Source of the DNA: a virus
Lineage: Duplodnaviria > Caudoviricetes
IMG/VR virus record: IMGVR_UViG_3300041964_000194
Location: 1-53,373 of that record
DNA: 53,373 bases
Reading direction: 5' to 3' (one strand)
Shown: positions 19,507 to 31,140 of the stretch, in pieces
How the letters are laid out: the number at the start of each line of letters is the position of its first letter
Numbering within the stretch: position 1 is the stretch's first letter
Notes under the pieces: model-generated
Seen by the model: the letters and a program-made list of their open reading frames with translations, nothing else
Database searches by the model: none
What the model was told of the DNA's origin: nothing
Translations under genes and position numbers: made by a program

Positions 19507-20244
19507 AGTTGCAAGCGAGCATCCTCCGCTCCAATTGGGAAGCATCAGCATTCCGCGACTGGGCTGCCTGACAGTGGCCGAATCGATCGCCCTAGACCAA
19601 CTGCTGCCCGACGCCCTCGACCTCGTGAATATGGCGTCGGGCAGCTTCAGCCAGTTCGGTCGAAGCTCACTTGCAAACCCTGCTGGCGGCGCTGCTGCTG
19701 ATTTCACGAAACAGCCCGAACTGGACGCTGGAATCAGTGAAGGGCACTGCCGATCGAGCAGCAGGCCGCAGCCAGCAAGTTCTTCTTGCAAGAGCGCCAG
19801 CGCTGGAATGATGCACCAGCCGACGCAGAGCCGACACCAGCAGGCAAAAAAGTGGAGGTTGATTGGGCGCGCATCATCTGGCGTTTGCAGGCTAACTATC
19901 CAGGCAACCGACGCTTTGACGACTCCAACTTTGGCAACTGCCCGCTGCTGCTCGTCGAATCGGCGCTGGAAGCGATCGCAGATCGGGAGCTGCAACACTA
20001 CAGCGCGCTGGCACTGCCGATCGCCCTAATTGGAGCGCACTGGCAGGCATCAAAGGGAGCGAAAGATCCCAGCACGGAAACCTTCAACCCATACGGGCGA
20101 CAGCTCAGAAAGCAGGCTGCCAAGGCGCAAATCAGCCCTACAGCCGCACGAACTTTCCTGCAATTGAGCAAAGACCGGAAGCTGCCGCCGTGGGTAGTGA
20201 CGGTCGTCAATATCGAGCAAATTCGGATCGCTGCCGAAGATTGA
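19484..20244 (+). CDS. Tail assembly chaperone (frameshifted)
   Basis: Between tube and tape measure genes; MSSYLPFEV...DAEPTPAGKKVEVDWARIIWRL. Confidence 0.55.
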
Positions 20245-20259
20245 AGCTGGTGCAGTCCG

Positions 20260-20670
20260 CTACTTCGCGGATAGGTTTCGAGCCTTGCCAGCATTGCGCT
20301 TAGTGCGTTCTCTCAGCGCAGAAATTGGGTTCACTCCCCAATCCCCATCAGGGTTCGGCTGATAGGCGCGCGCTCGCAAATCACCATCACGTCGATCTGT
20401 TTTGTGCGGAGAGGCGATCGCCCAAAGCCTTTGCTGGAGGCGAGCTTGTACTTGACCTGCAACTGACACCCGGCTGGCTGAAGGACTGATGCGCTGAGAC
20501 GTCTCGATCTCGAATCCAGCGAGCAGTTTATGCCCGTAAGCCTCTCCAGCCACACGGCTGGGTCAGCGTGCCTCGATCGCCAGGTCAACTGCGTCAAGCT
20601 CGCCATCGCTGCCCAGTCCTGCGCTTTCCAGGCTTCTAGAAATTTGGTGAGTGCATCGGTGATCTGCCAT
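20260..20670 (-). CDS. Antisense moron gene, NTF2-like start (frameshifted)
   Basis: ITDALTKFLEAWKAQDWAAMASL...GDWGVNPISAL reconstructed from ORFs 20331-20939 and 20260-20553. Confidence 0.5.
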
Positions 20671-20686
20671 CTCTTGATTCTGCCCA

Positions 20687-20697
20687 GTAGGAACGCT
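20687..20697 (+). promoter_or_regulatory. Late motif GTAGGAACGCT upstream of tape measure gene
   Basis: Intergenic, ending 24 nt before ATG 20722. Confidence 0.6.
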
Positions 20698-20721
20698 AGC
20701 CGCAACGGGACGAGGTTTGGG

Positions 20722-23700
20722 ATGACAGCAGGCGGCAGCGTAACAGTATCAGTACGTTTGGGACTCGAACGCCTTCGGCAGGATACCGAAGAAGCGACGA
20801 GGCAAATCGATCGACCATGCAGGCGGCAGAGAAACCCGTCGCAATCACGTTCGAGAATGCCGGAATCGCGAAGCTGGCTCAAGACGTTCTCAAGGCGAAG
20901 GCAGGGTTGGCAGATACGGGCAGCGCTGTCTTTCTGCAAAAAGAAGCAGCCCTGCTCCAGGAGTCGTTGCGCTTTAAGCAGCAGCTCGCGGACATCAAGA
21001 ACGCCTATGTCGAGCCGGAGGACATCAAGAATGCAGAGCGCCTCGCGGCTGAGCTAAATGACCTCAACAAACAGCAAATCGATCGCGACTTCAAAGCGCC
21101 AGAGCTGACCGCGCCCAAAGGTCTAGCAGGCCAAGCAGCAAATTTCCAGGAGGCTGTTGATAAGGCCAGCCTTTACACTCAAGCCCTCAGTCAGGTTTCA
21201 GACCAGCTCCTGAGAACGGGCGATCGCATTAACGATTTTACGAAGCAGGCCGCTGCCGCCGCGATCGCCTTCGACGACGCCAGAGCGAAGGTTGCCACGT
21301 TGTCAGACGACGCTGACGGCATGGCTTCCCGCATGAAAGATTTATCAGCCGAGCTGGACTACCAGGCGAACTCAACCGACCTGCTCAATGCCAGCTATGA
21401 CGTCTCTCGTCTGGATTTGAAGACAGTGCGGACGTCACAGAAATCCTGCGGGTTTCGGCATTAGGGGCGCAAGGCGGTTTCTCAGATGTCGGGACCGTCG
21501 CCGACGCCACGACCACAATCCTGAACAGCTACAAAATGTCGGCGCAAGATGCCGCCAAAGTGGTCGATGTTCTCGCCCAGACTCAGGACGCGGGCAAAAT
21601 CACGATCGACCAGTACGCCCAAGGCATCGGTCGCGCTGCCTCAATCGCGGCCACTGCGGGCGTCACATTTGAGGAGTTTAGTGCGGCGATCGCCACGGCC
21701 ACGGCCAAGGGCGTGCCCGCAGAATCGGCCATCAGCGGCACTCGGCAGGCGATCGTCAACTGCTCAAGCCAACAGCAGATGCCCAGGCATTGCTGGAGAA
21801 ATACGGCATCAACAATGCGACCGCAGCCCTCAAGAGCGAAGGCTTGATCGGCGTCCTGGAGCGGCTCAAAGCGGCAGGAACGACCAGCGACGAACTGTCC
21901 AAGATCTTCAGCGACGTGGATGCGCTGGCGACAGTCTCTACCTTGGCAGGCGAAAACCTGGAGGACTTTAAAGAGAATCTGGACGGCATCAACAACTCCG
22001 CAGGCAAGGCTGCTGCCTCCGCCGAGCAGGTTGCGAACAGCTTCAGCGGGCAGATGACGGCGGCAGCGAACCAGGCGAACGAAGCGTTGGTAAGCATGGG
22101 AAATGGCGTCACAAAAGCCCTGATGCCACTGCTGCAAGCCCTAGTTTTCCTGGTCGAAAACTTCAACAAACTGCCGGAGCCCGTCAAGGAAACGGTCGGC
22201 GTGGCGATCGCGCTTACAGGCGGATTGCTCACGCTCGCAGGCGCAGTCGCCGCCGTTGCCGCCGTTACTCCGACCGTTCTGGCAGGCTTGACCGCGCTCG
22301 GCATCGGCGGCGCTGGCGGCGCGGCGGCGGCAGGTATCGGCGGCATAGCAGCCGCCATAGTTCCGCTGCTACCGCTGCTGGTTGCCCTAGCTGGCGCAGT
22401 CGCTGCCGTGAACTTCCTGCGGATGGTCGATTCGACCGAAGAGATCGAGTCGGCCATGCAATCGTTGGGAGCTTCGGCAGACAACGCGATCGGAGCGGCG
22501 CAGCGGACCAAGACAGCGATCGACCAGCTCACCGCAGCACGAACGGCTGGGCGCGCCCTGACAAAGCAAGAAATCGAAGGCGCTAGAGACCTGGCGGACG
22601 CTAACGCAAAGCGGCTGGAGCAGCTTCAGCAGGATTTGCAGCTCGCCCAGGCGCTGCCTGCGGTTGATGACGCCCAGCGCAATGCGAAGGCGGCGCTGGT
22701 CGCCCAGACAGAGGCGGCGATCGGAGTCCTGACCCGACAGAATGCGGGACTGAAGGAACTGGTCGGCGAGTCGGGCAATGCGGCCAGCGCCACTACTGAA
22801 GCGGCAGATGCCGCCGAGAATGCTGCCACAGCCTACCAGAAGCTAGGCGATCGCTATCAGCAAAGTGGCTCCCAGCTTGAGGCTGCCAATAAACTGCGGC
22901 AGGCCGAAACCGCTGAATCTGTGGCGGCAGGATTACTGACGAGGAACAAGGCCGGAAACGAAATCTGGAGGACGAGCAGCGATATTTGAGCGATCGCCTC
23001 GCCCTCAATCAACAGAAACTGGCCGAACTTCGAGAACTTCGATCGACCGACCCTGAAGAGCAGAAGAAAATTCAAGACGAGATTCTGCAAGTTGAATCTG
23101 AGGTCGCCGATGCGCGGTTGAGCGTGGCGCAAAACCTTGCTAGCCAGCGAGTAGAAGCCGAGAAACGGGCGACAGATGCAATCAAGAAAGAAATCGATAG
23201 CGTTAATCTGAATGCCCAACGGCAGACGACCGGAGTCCGGCAGCAGCAGGCGTCCGGCGGCATCTCGAAAGAAGATGCGGCGGCGGACATCGCCCAAATT
23301 GAAGCCAGCGCCACGGCTCAATCGATCGCCCTCATCCAGCAGCGGCTCGCAGTCGTTCGGCAGGGAAGTGAGGAGGAGCGCGACCTAACCCAGCAATTGG
23401 CCGACCTCCAAGAGCAGGCGGCCAACCAAGAAATCTCCAGACAGGAAGCGGTCAAACAGGCGCAGGAGGCTGCTGCCAAAGAACGGCTGGAGGGAATCGA
23501 GCGTGCCAACAAAGCCGCAGAAGCTGCGATCGAGCAGTCGCAAAACGGCGAGGTCACGGCAGTCCGGCAGCTACAGGCGCAACGAATCATCAGCGCCGAA
23601 GAAGCCGAAGACCGCATCGCCGTCATTCAACAGCGAGGCCTTGACCAGCAGCTCGCCCAGACGCAGCGCCAGATTGACCAGGTAACGCAGTTGCGGGCTG

Positions 23701-24962
23701 ACCAACTGCTGAGTGAGAAGATGCCGCCGATCGCCTGCTGGAGCTGAACGGGCAGCTTGGCACGCTGAACCAGCAGCGGATTGAGGCGGAGATTGCCGCT
23801 CAAGAACGGCTGCGGCAGGTGCAGATCGAAGCCCTGAATCAGGAGCTAGCAGCGGCGCAGAATCTAGCCGAAGTGCAGCAGGGATTGAACCAGATCCAGT
23901 TCAATTCACTCAGCAGTCAAAACAACCTGCTATCCGCTCAGAGCGGCTTGGTTCAAGCTCAGTCTGCTCTAGTGCAGCAGCGCCTGGGCTATGCGCTGGA
24001 AGAAGCCGAAGCCGCAGGAAATACCGCTCAGGCGGAAAGCCTCAGACGGCGAATTATCAACGAGCAAATCGCCACCCAGGAAGAGCAATTCGCGATCGCC
24101 CAAGACCAGCTTGACCTGAAGCGAGAGCAGGTGGAGCTGGAGGCGATCCAGCGGCAAATTCAAGCCGAAATCGCAATCACAGAGGCGGAGGTGGCAATCG
24201 CCACGGCGCAAATCAACGGCGAGAATCAGCAGGTCATCGCTGGCCTGGAAAGGATTCTGGGACTGCGCCGACAGCAACAGCAGGCGATCGACGACCAGGC
24301 ACGGTCCCAGCAGCGCGTGTTGGATTTAGAGCAGGAGACGCTGAACGTTGAGCAGCAGCGCGATCGCGAGCGACTGACACGGCAGCGGACGCTGGAAGCC
24401 CGCGACAACAATGCAGCCGGAGAAACGGGCAGCAGTGACACTGGCGACACTGATAGCAGCAGCACTGGCGGCGCTGGTAGCAGCGGCAGATCTACGATGC
24501 AGCCGGCAGGCGAACCGAACTGGCGGCGCTGGTAGCAGCAGCACTGGCGGCGCTGGCCTTACCGCTTATGGAAACCTCGCCGTTGGGCAGCTCGATCGCG
24601 CCTCAGAACTGCGGTCGGGCGGCGTATCCGACACGCTGGGACGGCTGCAAAACAGCGGCAACAATCCCTACTCCGAGGCAATTCTGGCGGCATCAGGGCG
24701 AACCGATGTCCTGAAGCTGCAAGACCTGGCGCGCAGTGGCTTCCAAGGCAATCTGCAAGCCGGACGGATTGCAGCGGCTCGCGATCGCGGCGAAATCGGC
24801 GGCGGCCAGGTTGAGCAACTAGTCGATCGCCTGTCGCAGGAAATTGGCAAGCTCGCCTTCAGCGGCAACACGTTCAACATTTCGGCAGCCGATGCAGTGG
24901 AAGGCGTTCAGCAGGTATCGGCTGACTTTATGCGGGCAAGAGTATCTGGAGCCGGACTATGA
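20722..24962 (+). CDS. Tape measure protein (~1400 aa, several indels)
   Basis: TP901-like core (AAKVVDVLAQTQDAGK, AESAISGTRQ), a hydrophobic TM block and long Q/E/A coiled coils; contiguous ORFs change frame. Confidence 0.85.
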
Positions 24963-25415
24963 GCAAGGGAATCACACTGGTCGGCGGCGGCATCACGCTG
25001 CCTTAAAACTTTTTTCGGGTTCGACCTTTCCGCGAGAGCAAATCACGCCAGCGATCGGCGTAGGCTTTTCTGCCTACGGCACGCCCAACACGGACGGCAC
25101 TAGCTACGAACCGAAGCACATTTGGAACTTCGTGGCGATCGTTTCGCCTGCCGACGCTGAGCTGCTGGACGTGCTGGAGACAATCGGCAGAACGGAGAAT
25201 ATCTTGATCTACGACTACACTCGGCGAGTGTGGGATACAGCAGCGCGATCGCGGGCGCTTGCACCAGGCGCGAGTGAGGTGACCAAGGCAGCCAAACCGG
25301 ATATTACGCGCAGTTTTATGGCCGAGTCACCCAACCGATCAAACCTGAAGAAGACGGCGCTTACCTCCTTTGTGCGGTGCAACTGACCGAGACCGATCGA
25401 GTGCTACCAGCGTAG
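24959..25415 (+). CDS. Distal tail protein-like (frameshifted)
   Basis: ATGA overlap with the tape measure stop; ~150 aa; call is by synteny. Confidence 0.5.
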
Positions 25416-25422
25416 GAACGCT
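25412..25422 (+). promoter_or_regulatory. Late motif GTAGGAACGCT upstream of tail-tip gene
   Basis: Overlaps the upstream TAG; ends 23 nt before ATG 25446. Confidence 0.6.
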
Positions 25423-25445
25423 ACGGCAGTCTCCCTCCCTGCCGA

Positions 25446-28258
25446 ATGGTCGTCGATCGCCGCTCTCGCCGCTTCAAAATCATCATTGTTCAGCCTGGAG
25501 AAACCGAGTCCACTGGGCTGGATGTGAGTGCGATCGTTGCCTCTTTTGAAGGCGGCAACAATGCGATCGGCCAGTCTGGGATTTGCTCTTTTACAGGCGA
25601 CCTGACGCTCAACGCCTATTCGCTGGGAAGTGGCATCAATACCAATCCCCGCAGCGATCGCAAGCGCTGGGCGCGAGGCAATCGCGTCATCATCTATCTG
25701 GCCGACAGCAGCGGCACTCTGCTTAAATACAAAACCTTACACATTCTCAAAGCACCGTTAGCGCCAACGCCACAGACGCGCCCAACGCTGCAAATCTCAA
25801 CCGGAGACAAGCTCAGCCTGCTGTCGTTCCGGCAGCCACCCGGAGACGAGAGCGGAGTCGAACCGGGAACCAGCAAGACTCGTTTGCAAGTGGTGAACGC
25901 CCTGCTCGCAGCAGCCGGAGCGGGCATGGTGTTCGGGTCGATTCCCGGCAACGTGCCCTGGCCGTTGCAGAAGCTCTGCAACGAATCATTCATCCAGGAA
26001 GCAGGGCAGATTGCCTTCGCAGCAGGGCGATATCTGTGGGTCGATCGAGCTGGAACGGTTCGCGCCAGCGCCCTGCCGCTCGACAACTCTGGCTCAGCGA
26101 TCGCACGCTCATCATTGGGCAGGATGAGCTGATTTATGAGCCGATCGAAGTCGCGGAAACGCCTGCCGAGGTCGTTCGCTGCATCGGCAGCGAGTATCTG
26201 ACCAGCTTTACCTCTGACTACACCAGGAGCGAAAACGAGTCCTGGGGACCAGCGGCGATCGTCAGTCCCAACGCAGGCGGAAAGACAATTCTGCTGCAAG
26301 AGACGATCGAGGAAACCTGGTCCGGCTCGGTGCGGAGCGTGCGGACTCATCGAGTCGAGCCGCGCGGCATCTTGTTCCTGAAGTGCAGAGCAACCGCACG
26401 ACGCTGGTTCCCAGCCTCAGCCAGGAAGAAAATTTTATTTACGAACCCAGCATCGAAGGCAAGCTGCTGAGAATTGAACGGTCAGCTCGCAGGCCATACG
26501 GCGTCGTGCTGCGCGAATACATGGCAACCCAGTCGCCGCTGGAGCAGGCGTTCAACCGCAGCAATATCATTCCGGCTGAGCGGACGACGACAACCTACAG
26601 CTACGAGAAAGGGCAGACCAGCGATATCTCCACGACCACAGCCGAGCCGCAGGGAGCGATTCTGCCGACTGAGGACTGGACGTATGGAAACCCAACATTT
26701 TTAGTTACTGCCAGCGCAGAGAAGCAGTCCTGGGAGGAGCTGTATCCGAGCGAGTGGCAATACAAAAAGCTGACTTATGCCGCCGCAGCGCGAGAGTATC
26801 CCGAAGTCATTGAGGCGATGCCACCCGAGTCGCCGACTCAGCCAAGCTGGGCGTCCTGCTGGTTGGCAAGCAAACAGTCACCTCCAACTCCGGCCAAGCC
26901 CAGCCACCCGCGCCCGATCGCCGCAAGCCGAAGGTCACGGTAAAGGAAAGCCCGATCGAAGGCGAGGCGAAGTTTAAGAGCTACGCAGGCTCGGAGTTTC
27001 AGGAGCGCGAGCGGGTTTACGACGTGCCCTATGCCACCCAACAGGAACTGGACTTGGCCGCTCAACGGCTGGGCAAGCTGCTGATCGGGCGCAACCAGGG
27101 GCAGCAGATTGGCTTCGCCCTGGACGACTACTGGCTTAGCGATCCGCCGCCGTTACAGACGATCGCAGTGACGGAGCCGGATGGCTCGAAGCAGAAATAT
27201 CTGCTCGACACCTCACGATCTCACTGGATGCGCGGACTGCCACTTGGGAGCAAACGGCATCTGGCTCGGCAGCTTGAAAACCAGCGTCATGAGTTCCACT
27301 GGTGAGACGGTCGAAGTGCTGGATCTGCCTTACCGTCAAGAGTTCAGCATGACCAGTCGATCGGATGGACGCGCAGAAATTCTCCTGTCGCCTTATTCGC
27401 TCGTTCCTCAGACGCACGAACTGCTCAGCCGCTCAGATGGGCGCGCAGAATTCTCGACGCTGGAGATGACTGGCGGAGATGACGGCAGAGGAACCTTCAC
27501 GATCATCCCAACACTGGCTAGCAATCGTGACGGCAGATCAACCTTCACAGCCGTGGTCAAATCCACGCTGACCAATAATGTCGCGGCGGCTTGGAACTTC
27601 AACGGCAACTTTACCGATGCCGTCGGCAGCAACAACCTGTCGATCGTCAAAACCTTCTCGGAGCTGGGAATGTTTCTTTTGTCAGCGGGAAGGTTGAGCA
27701 GGCCGCCTGCTGGACCGCATTGCCTATCTGAGCTGCCCTAGCCACTCAGCGCTGGGGCTGAGCAGTGCCAACAATTTCACGATCGCCTGCATTGCTTCAT
27801 ACACAGAAGCCAACCCTAATCTCAATCTTGCAGGTAAGTGGAGCGACGATTTCACCTCGATCTATTACGACAGCTTCCCCGAATATGCGCTGCGCCTCTA
27901 TACCAATTCCGGTGGCACAGGTTTCAGGTTCAGGCCGGATTCAATGCGGCTGCTGTCAGCGGCGGCATCGTAGCAGGCGTTTATCTGGTCGTCGGCTGGC
28001 AAGACGCCTTCAACCTCGCAGCTCGGCGTCTGGGTGCGCAGCTTCGACACCGGAACCGTCTGGTCTGCCACGACCACATATAGCGGCACTCGCAACTCAG
28101 AAGCCATCAGCAACTTCAGGGTTGGAGAGCAAAACACTACTGGCTCGCCTCCTGATATCTGGATTGACGGACTGGCGATCTGGCGGCGAGCGCTGACTAA
28201 CGGCGAGCGCAACGACTTGTACAACAACGGTTTGGGGCGCGAATACCCCTATCTATAG
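25446..28258 (+). CDS. Tail tip/hub protein with C-terminal LamG/ConA-like domain (many indels; may be more than one gene)
   Basis: Chain of overlapping ORFs; the C-terminus AAWNFNGNFTDAVGSNN...IDGLAIWRRALTNGERNDLYN is LamG-like. Confidence 0.6.
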
Positions 28259-28269
28259 GAGATCAAAAA

Positions 28270-28941
28270 ATGGCTGTTCAGTGGGATTATTCGTCGGTCT
28301 GGGAAGTTCGGAGCTTGAATCTGCGGCGCGGCATCGGACCGCTGCCCGACCCGAATCAGTTTCGCGTCCTGCTATTCAACGGATCGACGCTGACGAAAAC
28401 AATGTCCAAGGCTGCCATGCTCGCAGCAGAATTGCTCCAGCAAAACGGCTACGCTCGGCAGCCTTACAACCCGACCAACGCAACCTACAACGCCACGACC
28501 CAGCGGGCAGAGCTGCCGAGAGTGACGGCGAATTATACGGGAGCCGGAGCCACATTGCAGTGGGATGCGGCGGCAGTTTTGGCCGATTGCCGTGCCACTT
28601 CCTCAAGAGCCATCAGCGCGATCGATGCAAGTACAGACATCCTGACTATTAACAGCCACGGTCTCACCAACGGCGAAGAGGTCACGGTCAGCACAACCGA
28701 TACGTTCGCAGGCGGACTCGAAGGTAGCCTGATCTATTACGCCAAGGTCGTTACCGCAAACGCAATCCAGCTCTGCTCAGATGCCGCAACCGCCAGCGTT
28801 GTGAACATCACCAACGCTGGAGTCGGCACACATCACCTCCGTTACGCGAAGGGCGATATCGTCTTTTTCGGTAACTTTCCCGGTTCGCAGACCATCGGCG
28901 ACGGCGTGACCGAATCCCTGCAAGTTGATTGGAAGAGCTAA
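28270..28941 (+). CDS. Tail-associated structural protein
   Basis: AGGAG RBS; NGYARQ motif and a DILTINSHGLTNGEEV...IYYAK beta domain common in tail proteins. Confidence 0.6.
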   Translation: MAVQWDYSSVWEVRSLNLRRGIGPLPDPNQFRVLLFNGSTLTKTMSKAAMLAAELLQQNGYARQPYNPTNATYNATTQRAELPRVTANYTGAGATLQWDAAAVLADCRATSSRAISAIDASTDILTINSHGLTNGEEVTVSTTDTFAGGLEGSLIYYAKVVTANAIQLCSDAATASVVNITNAGVGTHHLRYAKGDIVFFGNFPGSQTIGDGVTESLQVDWKS

Positions 28942-30300
28942 TGGACGCCGCCGACAGCGCCAGGGATTTGCTCCGCAAGCGCCTGATGCGATCGCGGATG
29001 CAGCAGATTGAAGACTCGATCGCTCGCCAGCAAGAAATCGACACCACGCCCGCGCCGCTGCTCTATGAAGGGCTATGACGTAGAGCGGCAGCAGGCTAGG
29101 GCTTCAACCGATGGAGGCGAAGTTCATGTTCCGGTCATCACGAATGGGGCGATCGCAGAAGGTTCCAGCATTATCGGGAGTGGCGGCGTGATTGAGGGCA
29201 GACCCAGAGTGATTACAGAAGAAACCAGCAGCCGGACGCGCACGGCTCCCGGTCGTGGCCTGCCTATTTGAGGCACTACAAGAGCTTACGGCGGCGGCGA
29301 AGCGCTGCCATCATGCCGCAGACGACGCTGTATCTGCGCGTAATGGGCGAACCGTTGAGCTGCTGAATATTGCCAATCGGCTGAGCAACCGTCGAATCGA
29401 CTGGCATCACGCCGCTGTTTTTCTCGATCGTGGAGCGGCCTCGCCGCGCCGTGATTGTGCAGGGCATCACCGTGGCCGGCTGAAGCCTTCGGAGAGGGCA
29501 TCGCAGCAGATCGGTTATCCATACACCAGTGCGGCTGCATACCTGGATTGTGGACCCCAGCAACGGGCGATTGATTGCCACTCACGAGCAAATCCTGGGC
29601 GATCGCTGACCGACCAGACTTATCTATTTGGCACTTTCCAATCGGCTGGCCTGGAACGCTCAACGCCATGCAGAACGGGATGTTTCCAAAAGCGATCGAG
29701 TATCCTGCTGCGCTGGCGAGCTGGCAGCAGAATCTAGTGACCAGCGAGCTGACGGACATTCGGCAGCCTGACAGCCTATCAAGCTGTGCAGCCACAAAGC
29801 TGGGCGCGGGCTGACATGGCTGGCTTCTATCCTTTCCTTAATCCGGTCGCCAAGGCCAACCAGCTCACTCGCCTGCGCGTTTTTCGAGATGCAACTGGCT
29901 ATCAGCCGTCGCTGCCTGGTCTGTTTGGCAGCAGCCCAGTCGTGGCGATCGAAGTTGCACCCATTGCCCAGATCGACCAGGCGCTATTTGAGCCGGAGTC
30001 AGTGTTTCAGTTCAGGCAGCGCCTGCCGCAGCGAGCGGACCTGATTGCCGACTATCCATTTTTGGGCAGTGGGGATTTGACCTCAGCACCCAGCTCAGCG
30101 GGTTGTTCTATCCCTTCGACAGCATCGCCGCGATCGCGACGATCGCGCAGTTGCTCGCCGCCACGCCCAGCGACGGCTTCGGGATATTCGGCAGAACCGA
30201 GCTGGTGTTTGCGGACGTGGGCATTCCTGGATCGGGCACGATCGTGCGGCGGCGACCATCTCGCTACTTTCGTTTGTTGAACGCCTTGGGAGCGACTTAG
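28941..30300 (+). CDS. Hypothetical tail-region protein(s), heavily frameshifted
   Basis: TAATG coupling at 28941 and a chain of + strand ORF fragments; gene number is uncertain. Confidence 0.35.
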
Positions 30301-30302
30301 GT

Positions 30303-30578
30303 ATGGCTAAAAAAAACTGCCCGCGATCGGCTCAGATTCGCCTGCAACAGCAACAGCAGGCTTATGTCCAGCGCGCCACTCAGGACGATCGCCGACCCAT
30401 CAGCGGGACGTGCCTGGGCTACGATGCCGAGGCCGTTGGATATCGCATCCAGATTCCTGGCGGCGGCATCATTCGCGCCAGCAGCCTCACCAATGGCGCG
30501 ACCGAAACGGGCACTCGCCTGCGAGTCAACACGGCGCGAGGCAGCGTGCTGGCAACCATCAACGGAATGCCGAGGTAA
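30303..30578 (+). CDS. Hypothetical protein
   Basis: 91 aa ORF tightly packed in the operon. Confidence 0.6.
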   Translation: MAKKNCPRSAQIRLQQQQQAYVQRATQDDRRPISGTCLGYDAEAVGYRIQIPGGGIIRASSLTNGATETGTRLRVNTARGSVLATINGMPR

Positions 30579-30580
30579 GC

Positions 30581-30865
30581 ATGAACCTTTCGATCGTCGA
30601 TCGCATAATGTTAATGGCTGCCCAGAGCAACCGCTTCCAAGCCTGCCTCCCGATTGAGGGCGTCGTCGCAGGTTATAGCATCAGCGGGCAGGGCATCGAG
30701 ATCCACGTCCAGAAACCTGGAGACATCGATCGGCTCCGGTCGATGGAGGCAGTAGTTCTGCAAGCGGCTCGACTGATAGCCGGAGTCGAATATCTAAGTC
30801 TCTGGTTTTGCGGCGAGCTGGTCTGCGTGTTGGAGCGAAGTGAACTGGCACAGTCGATCGAGTAG
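30581..30865 (+). CDS. Hypothetical protein, 94 aa (last gene of late region)
   Basis: GAGG RBS and ATG 30581 (MNLSIVDRIMLMAAQSNRF...). A second diverged copy at 36434 shows synonymous changes, which supports coding. Confidence 0.7.
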   Translation: MNLSIVDRIMLMAAQSNRFQACLPIEGVVAGYSISGQGIEIHVQKPGDIDRLRSMEAVVLQAARLIAGVEYLSLWFCGELVCVLERSELAQSIE

Positions 30866-31029
30866 TCCAAAACTGAGATGCGAGAGACGTACTACAACGC
30901 TGGACTGATTTTGGACTCGATCGACCTGTAGCACGTTTTGTAGTACGAGTCTCAAGCCTGATTCTGTCGTGAGACTGGCAGACCTCGAAAAATGCTGGAC
31001 TAAACCGCTAAAAACGCCTCAGCGTGTGA
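30609..31029 (+). repeat. 421-bp imperfect direct repeat, copy 1
   Basis: TGTTAATGGCTGCCC...CAGCGTGTGA is colinear with 36434-36854. Confidence 0.9.
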
Positions 31030-31140
31030 CGACTATCAACTGTGGAATGCGAGTGTGAAGCATGACCCTATCGACCGTCGATCGCATGGCTTAGTTCGTC
31101 GCTCATCCATTGGAAGACAGTGTTAGTTTTAAGCAATCAG

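Noticed and set aside
19846-19852. Programmed -1 frameshift in the tail chaperone at AAAAAAG
   Set aside because: The plausible upstream reading (DAEPTPAGKK) is already in frame with the downstream part, and local indels prevent a call.
21756-22532. Long antisense ORFs over the tape measure and other structural genes
   Set aside because: These are shadow ORFs of GC-rich coding sequence with no recognisable motifs.
24430-24560. AGCAGCACTGGCGGCGCTGG repeats as a CRISPR-like or regulatory array
   Set aside because: They are irregular coding repeats for a Gly/Ser linker in the tape measure C-terminus, with no spacer structure.
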